Shown piece after piece: positions 27,701-40,390 of a stretch of DNA of 64,000 bases; the stretch's first letter is position 1, and every line of letters begins with the position of its first letter. The notes beneath the pieces are model-generated. The model made no database searches and had not been told where the DNA came from. It worked only from the letters and a program-made list of their open reading frames with translations. The stretch comes from Octopus vulgaris (lineage: Eukaryota), in contig OX597831.1 of the NCBI GenBank assembly GCA_951406725.2, forward strand, positions 8,928,001 to 8,992,000, given 5' to 3'. A program made the position numbers and the translations under genes.

Positions 27701-29924
27701 TCACTGGTGTCCGGTCTCGATGATAAAACAAATTTTGGCATTGAAAAATGCTGAACAAGAAAGAATATTAATTAGGGGCAGCGAACTGGCAAAATCGCGA
27801 GCCCGTCGGACAGAAGGCTTAACCACTTTTGCGTCCGTCTTTTAACAAAATGTCTTGGCGACTTTTTCGTCCGTTTATCCTTTCGGGGTCGTCAAAAGAA
27901 GTACCAGTTGAGAACTGAGATCAACCGATTACATCGGATTATCCCCTCTCCCGAAATTCTTAGCTTTGTACCAAAATATGAATCTAATGCAAAACGAAGA
28001 GGGCGAATTTTAATTCATCCTTTCGACTGAAAGTGAATATTTGCGTTTGTACCCCACCCCACCGCATTGACACGTCCCCGTAACCTAGCGCTTCAGCAAA
28101 AGTGTCGATAGAATTTCGTCGACCGAATTCACCTGCAAAGGATTGGTTCACCCGGGGCTAGAGTAGAAGACAGTTGCTCCAAATGCCGCGCAATGAGACC
28201 GAACGCGAACAGATTTAACATAGCTCACAGCTATGCTCACCTGACTTAAAAATAAGTATTGAGTTCGTTTTGTCAAATTAAACCGTTCAAAGTGTTGCCC
28301 CAGTATGGTCTCAGTCCATTGGCTGAAACAAGTAAAAAATAATCGATACAGAACATTATTAAAGATATGAGCCAAATCAATGCAGACTTTCGAGACAACT
28401 CTTAAGAAGATGGAAATATAATAGCCTCGGGTCAAATGTCTAGTTTTCTACTGTTTTGTGTAATAAATGCGATCAGAATTTATGTAAAATAGACATTTCG
28501 AGACGTCCATGTTTTTCCAAAGATGTCACAGTGATTTCTTAACAAAGGAATGTCTTGTGGACCAATGATGATGTTTTCCATTATAAGCACAATTATGTTC
28601 AAATGAATAAAACGTGAGAAATATTTCGTACACTGGAATACCCTATGCCAGCTCAAAATGAAAAGAAATCCTTGTAGAGGCTTGGCCGTTGTTGGATGGA
28701 TACGTGGGAGAAAGCAGGGAACTGTGCACAACAAGAGTCACTTAGTTTGTATCACAAAGTGTCCACTTCACACCTTTTAAGAAATCAAGAATTTGTCATA
28801 ATCTCTTTCTACATGAAACAAAGCGTTGCAAATGCGACTGCGACCAACGTACCATTCCTTAGAGAAAAATGTAGACCAAAGTACCATTCCTCAGAGAAAA
28901 AAGTTGGCCAATGTTTCATATATTTACTTGAATTTGAGGTTTGCACAGAAATTTGCATGTGTGCAATTATTGTCTTTTTTTGTAAATTATATGTGCATCC
29001 ATGCGAGTAACAATCGCTTAAGAAATACGAAAGATGATTTAGTCTGAGAACATTTCCCTTTGGTCGAAGGCTATGAGGAGGTCATTTGTCTGAAAAGCCT
29101 CCCTCAAGAAATATCGGACGACTCGATACAGCTGAGGATTTTGGTTCTACTTTTAGGATTGTGAGAAGAATGTGGTGACCGAGAGTTGCAAACTATAAAT
29201 AACACATCTACGACAGAACAAGCTAACTGAAGGCTCTCTGGTATTGGGAGTGCAAAAGTAAGTTGAGAGCGACGCTGCCACAACGGTTTTCGATTCCTCG
29301 ACAACAGCGAAAGCAGGATTCACAGTATCGATAGCCACAAACCCCCATGGATCCCCACCATTTCTCGTAGTCATAGATTTGTCGTTTTTGCTTCTGAAAT
29401 GTTGCCAGGCATTCACAGTTTTCTCTTTGCAGGACTGTATTGTCAATGGGAAGTCAGTGAGACGATGGATCTATCTGAGTATCGATGATGACAATGGAAA
29501 TAACTTCTCCCGTAGAACTTTCGCGTGCCATAGCATGGCCAAATCGGCGAGATGGAAGAATCGTTAGCACGTCGCATAAAATGCTTAGCAATATTTCGTA
29601 GGTCTTTTTGTTCTAAGTTCAAATTCCGCAAAGTTTGCCTTTCATGTTTTTGGGGTCAATTAAATAAGTACCAGTCAAGAACTGGGGTCCTGGCAATCGA
29701 CTAGCCCTTTTCCCCCAAAATCTCAGATCTTTAATGATTTTGAGAGTAAAACCAACAGAGAGAAAGCTGATGTTAAGGCCTCCGTTGCTGGATAGGTCAA
29801 ATGATAGAGTTCAGACTGATATAGACCACATTTTCCCAGGACTGAAATTAACTCCATTGATATTGAGTTTCGACTTACTCCAGATTATATCGTAGTTGGA
29901 ATCAATAAGCAAATTTATAATTGA

Positions 29925-30425
29925 GTGAGAGAGCAGTGCATGCCGTCAGTGACACCGGTGTACAATTATACGAAGCCCAATATACCCACCATGACTACCC
30001 GTCTGATAAGAGAATAGCGGGCACATGCATCACAACCATATGTGCGCAACATGGCGATCTCGTATTAAGATAAACAGCGCATGACCTTGTAGTTAGAATA
30101 TTCTTAAGGTCGAGTAGCACATCCTGCTCAATAGGTCCCTGAATAAGGGTTGTTTAAGGATGATCAACGAAACATCCATGTTTCTATGGCTATGATACTC
30201 CCCCACTACTTCTGCTCGTGATCAGAGATGCACATATCGTCAGCCGTCAAGGTACATGCTCAACTGGTTATGGTCAAACAACTGACAAGCAAATCTGTGG
30301 TATTGAGCAGAATATTTGCTGTAGGCCATCTGTTATACCAAAGCAAAACAATGTACATCATAACACTTCCAATCATTTAAGATCAGAAGTTATGAGAGCC
30401 ACTGCCTGGTACTGCATCAGGGCAT
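29925..30425. mobile_element. Unclassified interspersed-repeat-like segment abutting an (ATT)n tract
   Basis: GC-richer block ending sharply at (ATT)n 30428-30475. I recognise it as repeat-like, but there is no second copy in the window. Confidence 0.4.
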
Positions 30426-30427
30426 TG

Positions 30428-30477
<50 letters not shown>

Positions 30478-31617
30478 AAAGTTAAGTAGAATCTGTACAG
30501 CCAAAATGCCAACGGTTTCCTATCACATTGCTGTTTATCATTATCTTATTTAATAATCGTTATTTCTCTCTTTTCTCGTTCACTATCTCACTCTGGCAAT
30601 TTGTTATCTCTGCATATGCAAAAGCAAAACAGAAGCCAATACTGAACTCAGTGAAATTAGTTGATACATGTTAGCATTTGGTTTCTATCGTTGCCAAGAA
30701 CATTTTAAAGTTGGGAAATATCAGCTTGTTTCTCATTATTCTACTGTATTGTATCTCATCGGTTATAGCAAAGAATATTACCAAGCCTTAAGTGAAAATA
30801 CATTAAAGAAGCGAATCAATAAAATTCATTGTAATATTTGAATATAGATTTGTGTTGGGAGAGGAATTCTTTTGAAGAATTATCAATTCCAAGATACGTT
30901 CCATCAAAATTAGTATCTGCGATGTTTATCGCAAACGATTTAGCAATTGTTTCTGATATTCTTTTGTTCGTTTCTTATTTACTTCCTTTTATTTAAAGAT
31001 AATGGTTTCCATCCTGTTTTCAGCCTACCGGTTCCATAATTATTCTGTGAGATAGTGGTCGAAGATGGTCATCTCCCTCTGTGAATAATGCATGTTCGTA
31101 AGCTACTATTATAAGATTCTCAAAACGAGACTCGAATTATTTGCACGTAGAATGATAGACGAGAAGTGAAATAATCCGTTACGAGGTTATTAGAAGACTA
31201 ACTACCGTCGTACTTTACGAAATGTAACGACGAAGGATTATTTGCGGAATGGTTGCTTCAGCGTGCTAGAAATGCAAGGCAAATTTACTACGAATCGATG
31301 GGCACTTTAGAAAGTGAAGGTCTTGATATGACTGGGAGAAATATGACCGTAGGTCACTTGGCTTATAGTAGTTGATCCTCGAATACACAACGAGAATGAC
31401 TCGAACACCACCACCATCATCATCATCATTTGCAGCGGCTGCAGTAGCAGCAACAACAACAACAACAACATAACAAAATGCCAGTGTGAAATACAAAGCA
31501 TAGGTAGCTATTTGCATGAGATATTTACTGCGAATACGTCATGGCGTACCAAATTAAGAGCGATATTCTTTCGGAGATAATATTTGTTATGGACATACTT
31601 TGTTAATGTAATACTAC

Positions 31618-31677
31618 TTAGTGGTTAAGAGCGCAGGCTACTAACCCCAAGATTCCGAATTCGATTCCAGGCAGTGA

Positions 31678-31748
<71 letters not shown>

Positions 31749-31824
31749 GGAAAGCACTCGGCGAGAAACGGAAGAAAATTTGAAGAAAGAAGGAAAAAAC
31801 ATAATAATAATAATAATAATAATA

Positions 31825-31863
<39 letters not shown>

Positions 31864-32005
31864 GCAATGATAGCAATGAGAACTCAGATTCGAAATTTCC
31901 CCAAGGCACCTGATGAAGACTGGAGGGTATATCAGCCGAAACGTTGTGTTAACAACAAAGAAGATGAGGGCAAATATCCGTCAAATGTAAATAATGTAAA
32001 TAATA
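31618..32005 (+). mobile_element. tRNA-headed element: tRNA-like head, (AAT/GAT)n spacer, hammerhead-bearing Penelope-type tail
   Basis: A-box-like TAGTGGTTAAGAGCG and B-box-like AATTCGATTCC (31618-31682). HHR at 31905-31950. Homologous to both arms of 41086-41528. Confidence 0.85.
31905..31950 (+). ncRNA. Minimal type-I hammerhead ribozyme (dimer-type)
   Basis: Stem I GGCAC/GTGTT. Core CTGATGA at 31910-31916 plus an extra A. Stem II GACTG/CAGCC has one mismatch (GGCTG in the 41150 copy). GAAAC at 31938-31942 is followed directly by GTT, giving palindromic AACGTT. Confidence 0.7.
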
Positions 32006-32316
32006 CTACTTCTGTAGCAGATAAAAGAGTCTTATTCAACCGGTTTGCCAGCCCACTAACTGCAGCATCAATGGGTTTTCAGTCACTGTTTTGTTATATG
32101 GATGACAACCTTTTTTTTATGAGTATGCTGTTGCCAGTAGGTACATGTCATTGACAAGGCTTAAAGAGGCAGAAATGCGCGTCTAGCAATCTCGCAACCG
32201 CTACAGAGTAATTCCTTCTGCTACTCATATATGTGTATTATTTGACATGATACGTCCATAGGACATTTTATCTATGGATGAAATTAACGGTGAATTTGGC
32301 TTTACTCGATGTAACA

Positions 32317-32617
32317 GGCACTCCGTTGGTTATGACGACGAGTGTTCCAGATGATCCGATCGGCGGAGGATTCTGCTCGTGAAATTAACGTGCGAGTGTC
32401 TGAGCACTTTACAGACACACGTATTCTTAACGTAGTGTTCAGGGAGGTTTAGCATGATACACCGAATGTAACAAAACCGGTCCATTGAAATACAAGTACA
32501 ACTCATTTCTGGAGCAACGAGAAATAAAGTGTCTTGCTCAAGGACACAACGCGTCGTCGGGAATCGAATCCACGATATTATGATCATAAACCTAATCACT
32601 AAAATACGCGCCTTGAC
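32317..32617 (-). mobile_element. SINE family D (head shared with family C, different tail)
   Basis: CTGGAGCAACGAGAAATAAAGTGTCTTGCTCAAGGACACAACGC is the reverse complement of the family C central block. The tail matches 24594. Confidence 0.85.
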
Positions 32618-34721
32618 ATGTAAACGATGTATTTGCATTGAGTATGATACGTAGATAGCTATTTAATTTAATACGTCTTCTGTTGTACATAACGGATGTC
32701 TACAAAACCTAAATCATTCAGCTGGTTTCCTTTTGGATTTTGCCTTCGTCAATTTACATATATTTTTCTCCTGTCTCACCTTGGACTATATACCTTACTT
32801 GTACGAAATATACCTGATATATCCGAGGTCAAAGAAATATTATTTATTAAACTTACTAGAACGGAAAGAATGATGTTGATGTAATTTGGATGGATAATGA
32901 GAAGAAAAAAACTACCGATAAGTGTAATGCAATTGGAAAAAAAAGAAGAAATCTGCTTCTTTTAAATGAACGCGTATGAGAAATATTAACGAATATTACC
33001 GATATAGATAGAGCACAGATTAATCGGAATTACAGATGTGTACAAACATGCAAATATAAATGCTTATGCACCCACCACCACACTTAATGTACCAATGCTA
33101 TTTACCGCTTCAGTACGAAGGCATGTAGTGAATGAAACCAAACACCCAACAACAGAAACAGTCTGGATCCGTCCAATATATTTCACTCAAAGTAATTTTG
33201 CTGAAACAAAGGGGCAGAGATTAAATTAGAACCCGTGACTCAACATGCCACCGAATTAAATCGAAACCGAAACGCCATTGGTGCGAAGTGAATTTCTTAA
33301 CCACATGGCTATATCAGCTTCCATGGTTATAAAAGAAGAGGAGATTAAAAGGGGCTGTAGGTGGCTAGTGTAAATAAGTGTTTCTGCCACATGTGTAGAT
33401 GATGTCTATCTTCCATATGTGTAGGTGATAGACTGTAAGTTGAGAGAAATTGCTTTATTTCACAAATAATAGTAATAAAGGAATAGGAAAAATGACCATT
33501 ATTTATTTCACAACTGCCATCAGGGTCCATGCGACTCGAACAAGAATTACTTTCTCGATATGGCTCACAACTTTCTACCTAATAATTGATATAGAGACTT
33601 GCCTTAGTCGTCATGTTAGTTCAGCGTATTGGTGAGGTTACTTCGAAGTAAAATACAGAACATTAAAAAGGGCACAGGCCGCAATTCATTACGTAACACA
33701 GCGCTATTGATAATTTCAAACATAGACACAAAACTGAATATTCAAAAGGAAAGAATCGAGTTGATTAAATCGACCTCAATACTTGATTGATACTTTATTG
33801 TATAGGATCGTGAAGGGTGGAAAATAAATTTGATTTCGTTGAGACTTGAACCTCGAATGTAAAGAAGCTGAACTAATACCGTAAACTATGTCAGTTGCGC
33901 CCTCGATTCCGCCAATAACCCATCATGGACTCGAAAGAGTGACGCGAAAATTTGGCTATAGAAGACTAAGAATCCAGCGCACAAAATGACGGGTCGTAAA
34001 TCACAAACATGTTATCAGGAGCACTGTTGTCGGCATTTTTGCCGCCTCAGTGTTGAAATTACTGAGTAATTAATTATATAATAAGGCAAGAATTATAAAA
34101 TTATGTTTTAAAACAAGAAGTACAACATGTTAAAAATAAACCGATATAACGGCTGATGAAATAAATTTGGTATATTAATTTATGAGGTGACCGAGATTGG
34201 GCGACGCGGGACTAAACGAATTATTCTAATTGTGTCCATTTTCTTTCATTCTTCGTTCAAAGAATCCTCAAGGGATCTTTTACGTAATCTGTATAGAATA
34301 TAGAAATTAAAATGTAAGTAATTGACTGCATTAATCAACTGTATTATTTTCCCACCAAACGGTGGCGAGCTTAGCGGAATCGTTAGCACGTCGGGCAAAA
34401 TATGCTTCACTGCATTGTAGCAGTTCCAACGTTCTAAGCTCGACTTAGCTTTTTATCCATTCGAGGTCGATTGAATATTTACCGGTTGAACAATGGAGTC
34501 GATCTAATGGAGTAGACACTTCACTGATATTTCATGCAAAGGATAATTTTCTTCGTTAAAAGGTGGCGAGCAGGAAGAATCGTAAGCACGTCAAAGAAAA
34601 TGCTTTAACAGCATTTCTTCCGACTCATTACGTTCTGATTTCAAATTTCAAAGTGCGTAACGATGCCTTTGATCCTCTCAGGTTCCATATAAGAAAGCAT
34701 TTGTCAAGTAGAGGGGTGATA

Positions 34722-34897
34722 GTATTTATTTCTTTATTGCCCACAGAGGGCTAAACATAAAGGGGGACAAACAAGGACAGACACAGGGATTACATCGACC
34801 CCAGTGCGTAACTGGTACTTAATTTATCGACCCCGAAAGGATGAAAGGCAAAGTCGACCTCGGCGGAATTTGAACTCAGAACGTAACGGCAGACGAG
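34722..34897 (-). mobile_element. Young 5'-truncated SINE family B nested in an older + strand family B copy (about 34562-34950)
   Basis: Flanked by GGTGATAG (34715-34722) and GGTGATTG (34901-34908), a probable TSD. Confidence 0.88.
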
Positions 34898-36057
34898 TTC
34901 GGTGATTGTATTGACTAAACTCCACTCCCTTCAAAATTTCAAGCCTTCTATTAAAATCTTAAAGTTTTGAACTCTGAGTCTTAAAAAATTCTTCATAGTT
35001 TCTTCATTTATATCGATTATGGTGAAGTGGTTTCCTTGCCTAGTGATTGGTTTCAAATTGACTTCCGCTGCAAGGCACGTTGAATAGCCGACGTTTATAA
35101 TCATAACTGGAACTTTACGGTTGGAAATGCCGTTGACATCATGCCCGGCGCGCTGACCATTTTGTCAGATCACTGCCAGGCATCGATGTAAAATATTGGT
35201 ATCAAATTTAGGCACGAGGCAAGCAATTTCGGAGCTGCTCGACTTGTGATTAGTTTATCAACGCCGAAAGGGTGAAAGGCAAAGTTTACCTAGGTGGAAT
35301 GCCGCCAAGCATGTGTCACCGGGTATGCTAACCATTCTTCAAGCTCACCGTCTAATTATAAAAAAAATATTAAAGAAAATCTTTTCTCAGTTACTTGGTA
35401 ACTATGTTCAGCAAATACATTTTATGCTGTATTAATTTTAGATTTCTAGTTTCTATTAAGCAAACGTTAATTATCAGAGGGGGGGGGGAAGCCCCATTTT
35501 TCTTCCCTTATAATGATAATTAAAATCGAAATTGACCATAAAAATAAAACTACAAACACACACACACACACACACATCCATTTATTTCTCTCCTGTCTGT
35601 CTGTCTGTCTGTCTGTCTCTACACACACATTCACACACATTCATTTATTTCTCTCCCTCTGTCTGTCTTTACACACACACACACACACGCTTACACGCGA
35701 GCACACACACACAGACACACACACACACACACACACACAGACACACGTGTTTGTATTTATAGAAAAGAAATGAAATAGGAAAAAAATCAAATATGATGAA
35801 AATAATTATAATTAAAAAAAAATAAAATAAACACTAAAAAAACAAACCAAAAAATCTAAAATAATCGTTAAAAGATCAAAATCAATGACAAAGCCGAGAC
35901 TAATTGTGCTGAATCCTTCAATGTAGAATACGCTTATAATTATCTCGACAGAACTCATTGTCAAACGGGGTGGGCAGTAGTGGGTCGGTGGGAATAAATA
36001 AATGTAACGTTTGTTTCGGAGTTCAAAGCAAGAAATGTGTCATATTCAAATTGTAAC

Positions 36058-36400
36058 TTTCTGTCTCTCCCCCTGTCTCTCTCCTTCTGCCTCTCCCCCT
36101 CTCTCCTTCTGTTTCTCCCTCTCTCTCTCCTTCAGTCTCTCCCCCTCTCTCCTTCTGTTTCTCCCTCTCTCTCTCCTTCAGTCTCCCCCTCTCTCCTTCT
36201 GTTTCTCCCTCTCTGACTCCATCAGTCTCTCCCCTCTGTCTCTCCTTCTGTCTCTCCTTCTGTCTCTTGCCCTCTCTCTCTCTCCTTCTGTCTATCCCCC
36301 TCTCTCTCTCCTTCTGTCTCTCTCCTTCTATCTCTCTCCTTCTGTCTCTCTCCTTCTGTCCCTTTCCTGTCTCACTCTGCTTCTCTCTGTCTCTCTCCAT
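36058..36400. repeat. Polypyrimidine (CT-rich) minisatellite with a roughly 12-bp CTCTCCTTCTGT unit
   Basis: Directly visible, almost pure C/T over about 340 bp. Confidence 0.9.
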
Positions 36401-36481
36401 ACTGAAGTCAAATCATAGAAAGATAAAACAATCTCATGGGTATAAATATATGTCACATACACACACACACATACATATGTA

Positions 36482-36528
<47 letters not shown>

Positions 36529-37242
36529 ACGCATATGTATATATATATATATATGTGCTTGTGTGTGTGTGTGTGAATATACATACGAATGTATGCATGC
36601 ACACACACACACACACACAAACACACGTGTATGTGAATGTATACACATAGAGTGTTTAGACCAATGAAATATATGTCTCAATCGATGATCAAAGCCAAGT
36701 TTGTTGAAAGAAAGAAGAGAAATTTCTGAACTTCTCGAAACGTGTTTAGCGTAAAACTGAAACAAATAAAAAAAGGCAAATGAATATATAAAATAAAAAC
36801 TAAATGTTCAAAAATAAATAAAAATGGAACTTACTTTTATCTGTTTATCATTTTATCTTTTTTTTTTTTCTGTATGAGTGTTTCGTCTGTTGCGTAATCA
36901 TATATACCAAAATAAACGTACGATTCGCTGACGAAACACAGATATCTGTTGAATTGGTGTCTAACGCAAAATTTCCTGACAAATCTCTCCCAATAGACTT
37001 TACTATGTATTTCTGCGAAGGCAATATTGCTCGATGATGGAACCGAAAGTTTGGAAAGCGAACTGTCCAATTCGAAGATAAAAACGAAATATCTGCCAAG
37101 AATTTCAACCCAAGAACACTGAGTGTCTTGATTATATCGCTTCTCCTTATCAGCACTAATTAGTTGGAAACCGTTTGATAATCATTTTGGTTCCTGTTTC
37201 TCTAGAGGTTCTGTGAAATAAGTAGTAGAACCGTTGAGTTCA

Positions 37243-37324
<82 letters not shown>

Positions 37325-37326
<2 letters not shown>

Positions 37327-37683
37327 ATGTTACAATTAGTCGGTTGTCAAAATAAAACTCAGAGATTCCTGCTCCGGCATCTCATCAGTTATGAAGACAA
37401 AACGCTATAAAAAAAACAAAAAACAAAAACACTATGAAAAAATCATATTTATAAAAAAGTCTTCAATAAGCACAACTTAAAAGTTAGTTTTAGTTCTACT
37501 AGTAACTTTAAAACTATAAATTGCACACAATAAACAAAAACAACAAAATGAAGCCGGCTGTAAAAATTTTTTTTTTCTTTCATAGCGTTTTGTTTTATTA
37601 ACTGGTGAGATGCCGGAGCAGATTTCAGCCTCGGTATCCGAAACTCTGAGTTTTATTATGACAGCCAACAACTTGTGACATAT
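37325..37683. repeat. Inverted repeat (about 85-100-bp arms) in which each arm is a hammerhead-bearing Penelope-type module
   Basis: Left 37325-37408 versus right 37582-37683. The right arm reads CTGGTGA-GATGCCG..CGGTATC-C-GAAA-CTCTGAG-TT. The left arm keeps CTGATGA on the minus strand. Confidence 0.85.
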
Positions 37684-38106
37684 GATATTTATAGATAGAT
37701 TCCTCTATTTTGCATTCTATCGAGGTCTCATTTATTCTCTTGTTGTCATATTATCATTGTTAATATATATATATAAAATTGAATAAGCGTAGAAATTGAT
37801 ATCAATCAATTAAAACCAGTGGCCTAGCAGATTAAAAAAATCCGAAGATTAAAATATTTTTTACATACAAAATTTAAAGGACAGACCACTAAAAGTGGAC
37901 AGTCAATATGCTAGATATGGACGTCAAAATCGCTATTTTCCACGAAGAATGTGTTCTCAAGAAAAAACTCAGCAAAAAATCAAAGTATTTTTTACACTTA
38001 TGTGTGTGCACGAGGCTATGTAACTTACGTGCGTGTTTGCAGACGCACGTGTGTATATGAAGCTATCAGACGTGTGTTTGTGTGTGCGTGTGTTTGAAGT
38101 TTGGCA

Positions 38107-38192
<86 letters not shown>

Positions 38193-38440
38193 GTGCATGC
38201 GTGTATATATGTGTGTGTTTGTGTCTGTGCGTGAGTATTTATGCACCTTGTTTTTGTATCTGGTTTGCAAGATGTGAATTAGTGTGTTGAAACAATTTTG
38301 TTGTATTTCAAGCAGGTCATTTTGCCAATAATACACACACGCACTGGCTCTAGTTCACTTCTATTAGTATTATTACTCAATTCATTTATATTTACTCCAG
38401 TTAAGCAGTTGATAGTGTCTGTAATGTTTCGGTCAGTCAT

Positions 38441-38508
38441 CCAATCAGCTGAGTCACCAACTAAATTCCCGAGAACCTCATTTTCCCCAAACCGACAACT
38501 GTCACGTG
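38441..38508. promoter_or_regulatory. Candidate promoter/enhancer motif cluster
   Basis: CCAATCAG (38441-38448), CAGCTG (38446-38451), TGAGTCA (38450-38456), TTCCCGAGAA (38466-38475) and GTCACGTG (38501-38508) in non-repetitive sequence. Confidence 0.35.
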
Positions 38509-39036
38509 CACTTTTCTCTCTTTAAGAGTCGTAGGATTTACAAAGTTTATTGTTGTAAGTTATATCTGACTTCATTTTAATGACGTTCAATTTGTAAATT
38601 TGTCGAGGAGAGTTCAGTTTCGAACGCAGGAAAATTAAAGTTACCTTTTCAGTAATAGTAGAAAAGCAATCGTGCAGCTATCATAATTGTTTAATACAAC
38701 TTAACATTCATTAGGGACAACTTCAACTAAATGTGTTCCACCTATGGCTAGCACGTCGAAGATGTTCTATATGTTAATACAACTTGCAAGAAAACAGTTT
38801 TCAGTGTGTCATTTTGTTTTGAAAGACAATAGGGTATATCGTGAAGAAATTTGTTTGGATATGTTTCTTGCTAGTTAAACAAACGCGGGGTGGATGTCTC
38901 TTCAAGAGTTCGGGGTGTTGTCAAGTGGAGCACTAAAGTTGTATAAAGGACAAACTGGATTCTACAAAGCTGATGTGGATAACCAACGATGACAGCAATA
39001 GCGTTAGCACACACACACACACACACACACACACAA

Positions 39037-39076
<40 letters not shown>

Positions 39077-39818
39077 TCTCTCAAACACGTTTGCGATGGC
39101 GCTCGTATGCGAAGCCATCATGGACTTGACAATAAAATAATAACTTGACATCAATATAACCTTACTTCATTAATGATTAAGGAGTGCAGTTAATGATTCC
39201 GATGAATGGCAAATACTATAATGATGATGATGATGATGATGATGATAATGATGACGATGAAGATGATGATGATGATGAAGATGATGATGATAATAATCAT
39301 CTTCCTCCACATGACCCTCGTTCTACGGCTGTCTTTCTCATCTTCATTCTCGTTGTTGTCGTCGGCCTCTATCATTCGTCACTATCGTTGTTGTCGCCAT
39401 CATCATCATCATCATTATCATCACTAGTACCACCACCACCACCACCACCACCACAGTCATTATATTCACCATCCGCCATCGTTATTGTTTCCACTGGCAT
39501 CAACGTAATTAAAATCTCCTTGCCCCTTCCTCCACATCATCTCCGTCCTCCTCCTCCTCATCATCATCATCACCATCACCACCACCACCACCACCACCAC
39601 CACCACCACCACCACCATCATCATCATCATTGCCTTAAACGAACGTACAAAGCAGCTGGTTTCTGCATAGTCAAATGAAACTACCCAATTTAATAGTTGA
39701 ACCGCCTTCGGTAAAAATTCGTTGTTCTCCTCCATAGCAGCGATTGCGTATCTGAAACAACTTAATAAAGCAATGGGTAATTGTGATACATATACATACA
39801 TACATACATACATACAAT

Positions 39819-39860
<42 letters not shown>

Positions 39861-40135
39861 TAAGTCTATGTGTGTTGACATACTTACGCACAAGCACAAA
39901 CACACATACACAAACGAATACGTATATGTGTCAAGTACAGTACATTCGATAACATTGTAATCAACATTTAAAACGGAACAAACGAAGCGAATTTGACTCC
40001 AAACTGTTGCAACGGATCTCAGTCAGTGGGGTTTGAATTCGGAAGGCAAAGAGATGTGACGAAATGCCTTGATGGATATCAACGCCGTGATGTTGAATGG
40101 TGATGATGAATGGTGATGATTACCATAACCACGAC

Positions 40136-40390
40136 GACCACGGCGACTACGACCACGGCGACTACGACCACGGCCGCTACGACCACGGCCGCTACGACCA
40201 CGGCAGCTACGACCACGGCCGCTACGACCACGGCCGCTACGACCACGGCAGCTACGACCACGGCCGCTACGACCACGGCCGCTACGGCCACGGCGACTTC
40301 GACCACGGCCGCTACGACCACGGCCGCTACGACCACGGCGACTACGACCACGGCGGCTACGACCACGGCGACTACGATCACGGCTACCAA
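40136..40390. repeat. GC-rich 15-bp minisatellite (GACCACGGCCGCTAC), 16 full units plus a partial
   Basis: Exact 15-bp periodicity. Variation is concentrated in one triplet (GAC/CGC/AGC/GGC). Confidence 0.95.

Noticed and set aside
28480-29500. Non-repetitive block with 60-100-aa ORFs and a faint resemblance to a LINE endonuclease (..FCTPNTREP..)
   Set aside because: No catalytic motifs were recovered, and I could not tell decayed TE from unique DNA.
39184-39678. 164-aa D/P/H-rich ORF
   Set aside because: Compound trinucleotide repeat with a non-ATG start and no recognisable domain.
40136-40390. CRISPR-like regular array
   Set aside because: The 15-bp units are contiguous with no unique spacers, there are no cas genes, and the context is eukaryotic.
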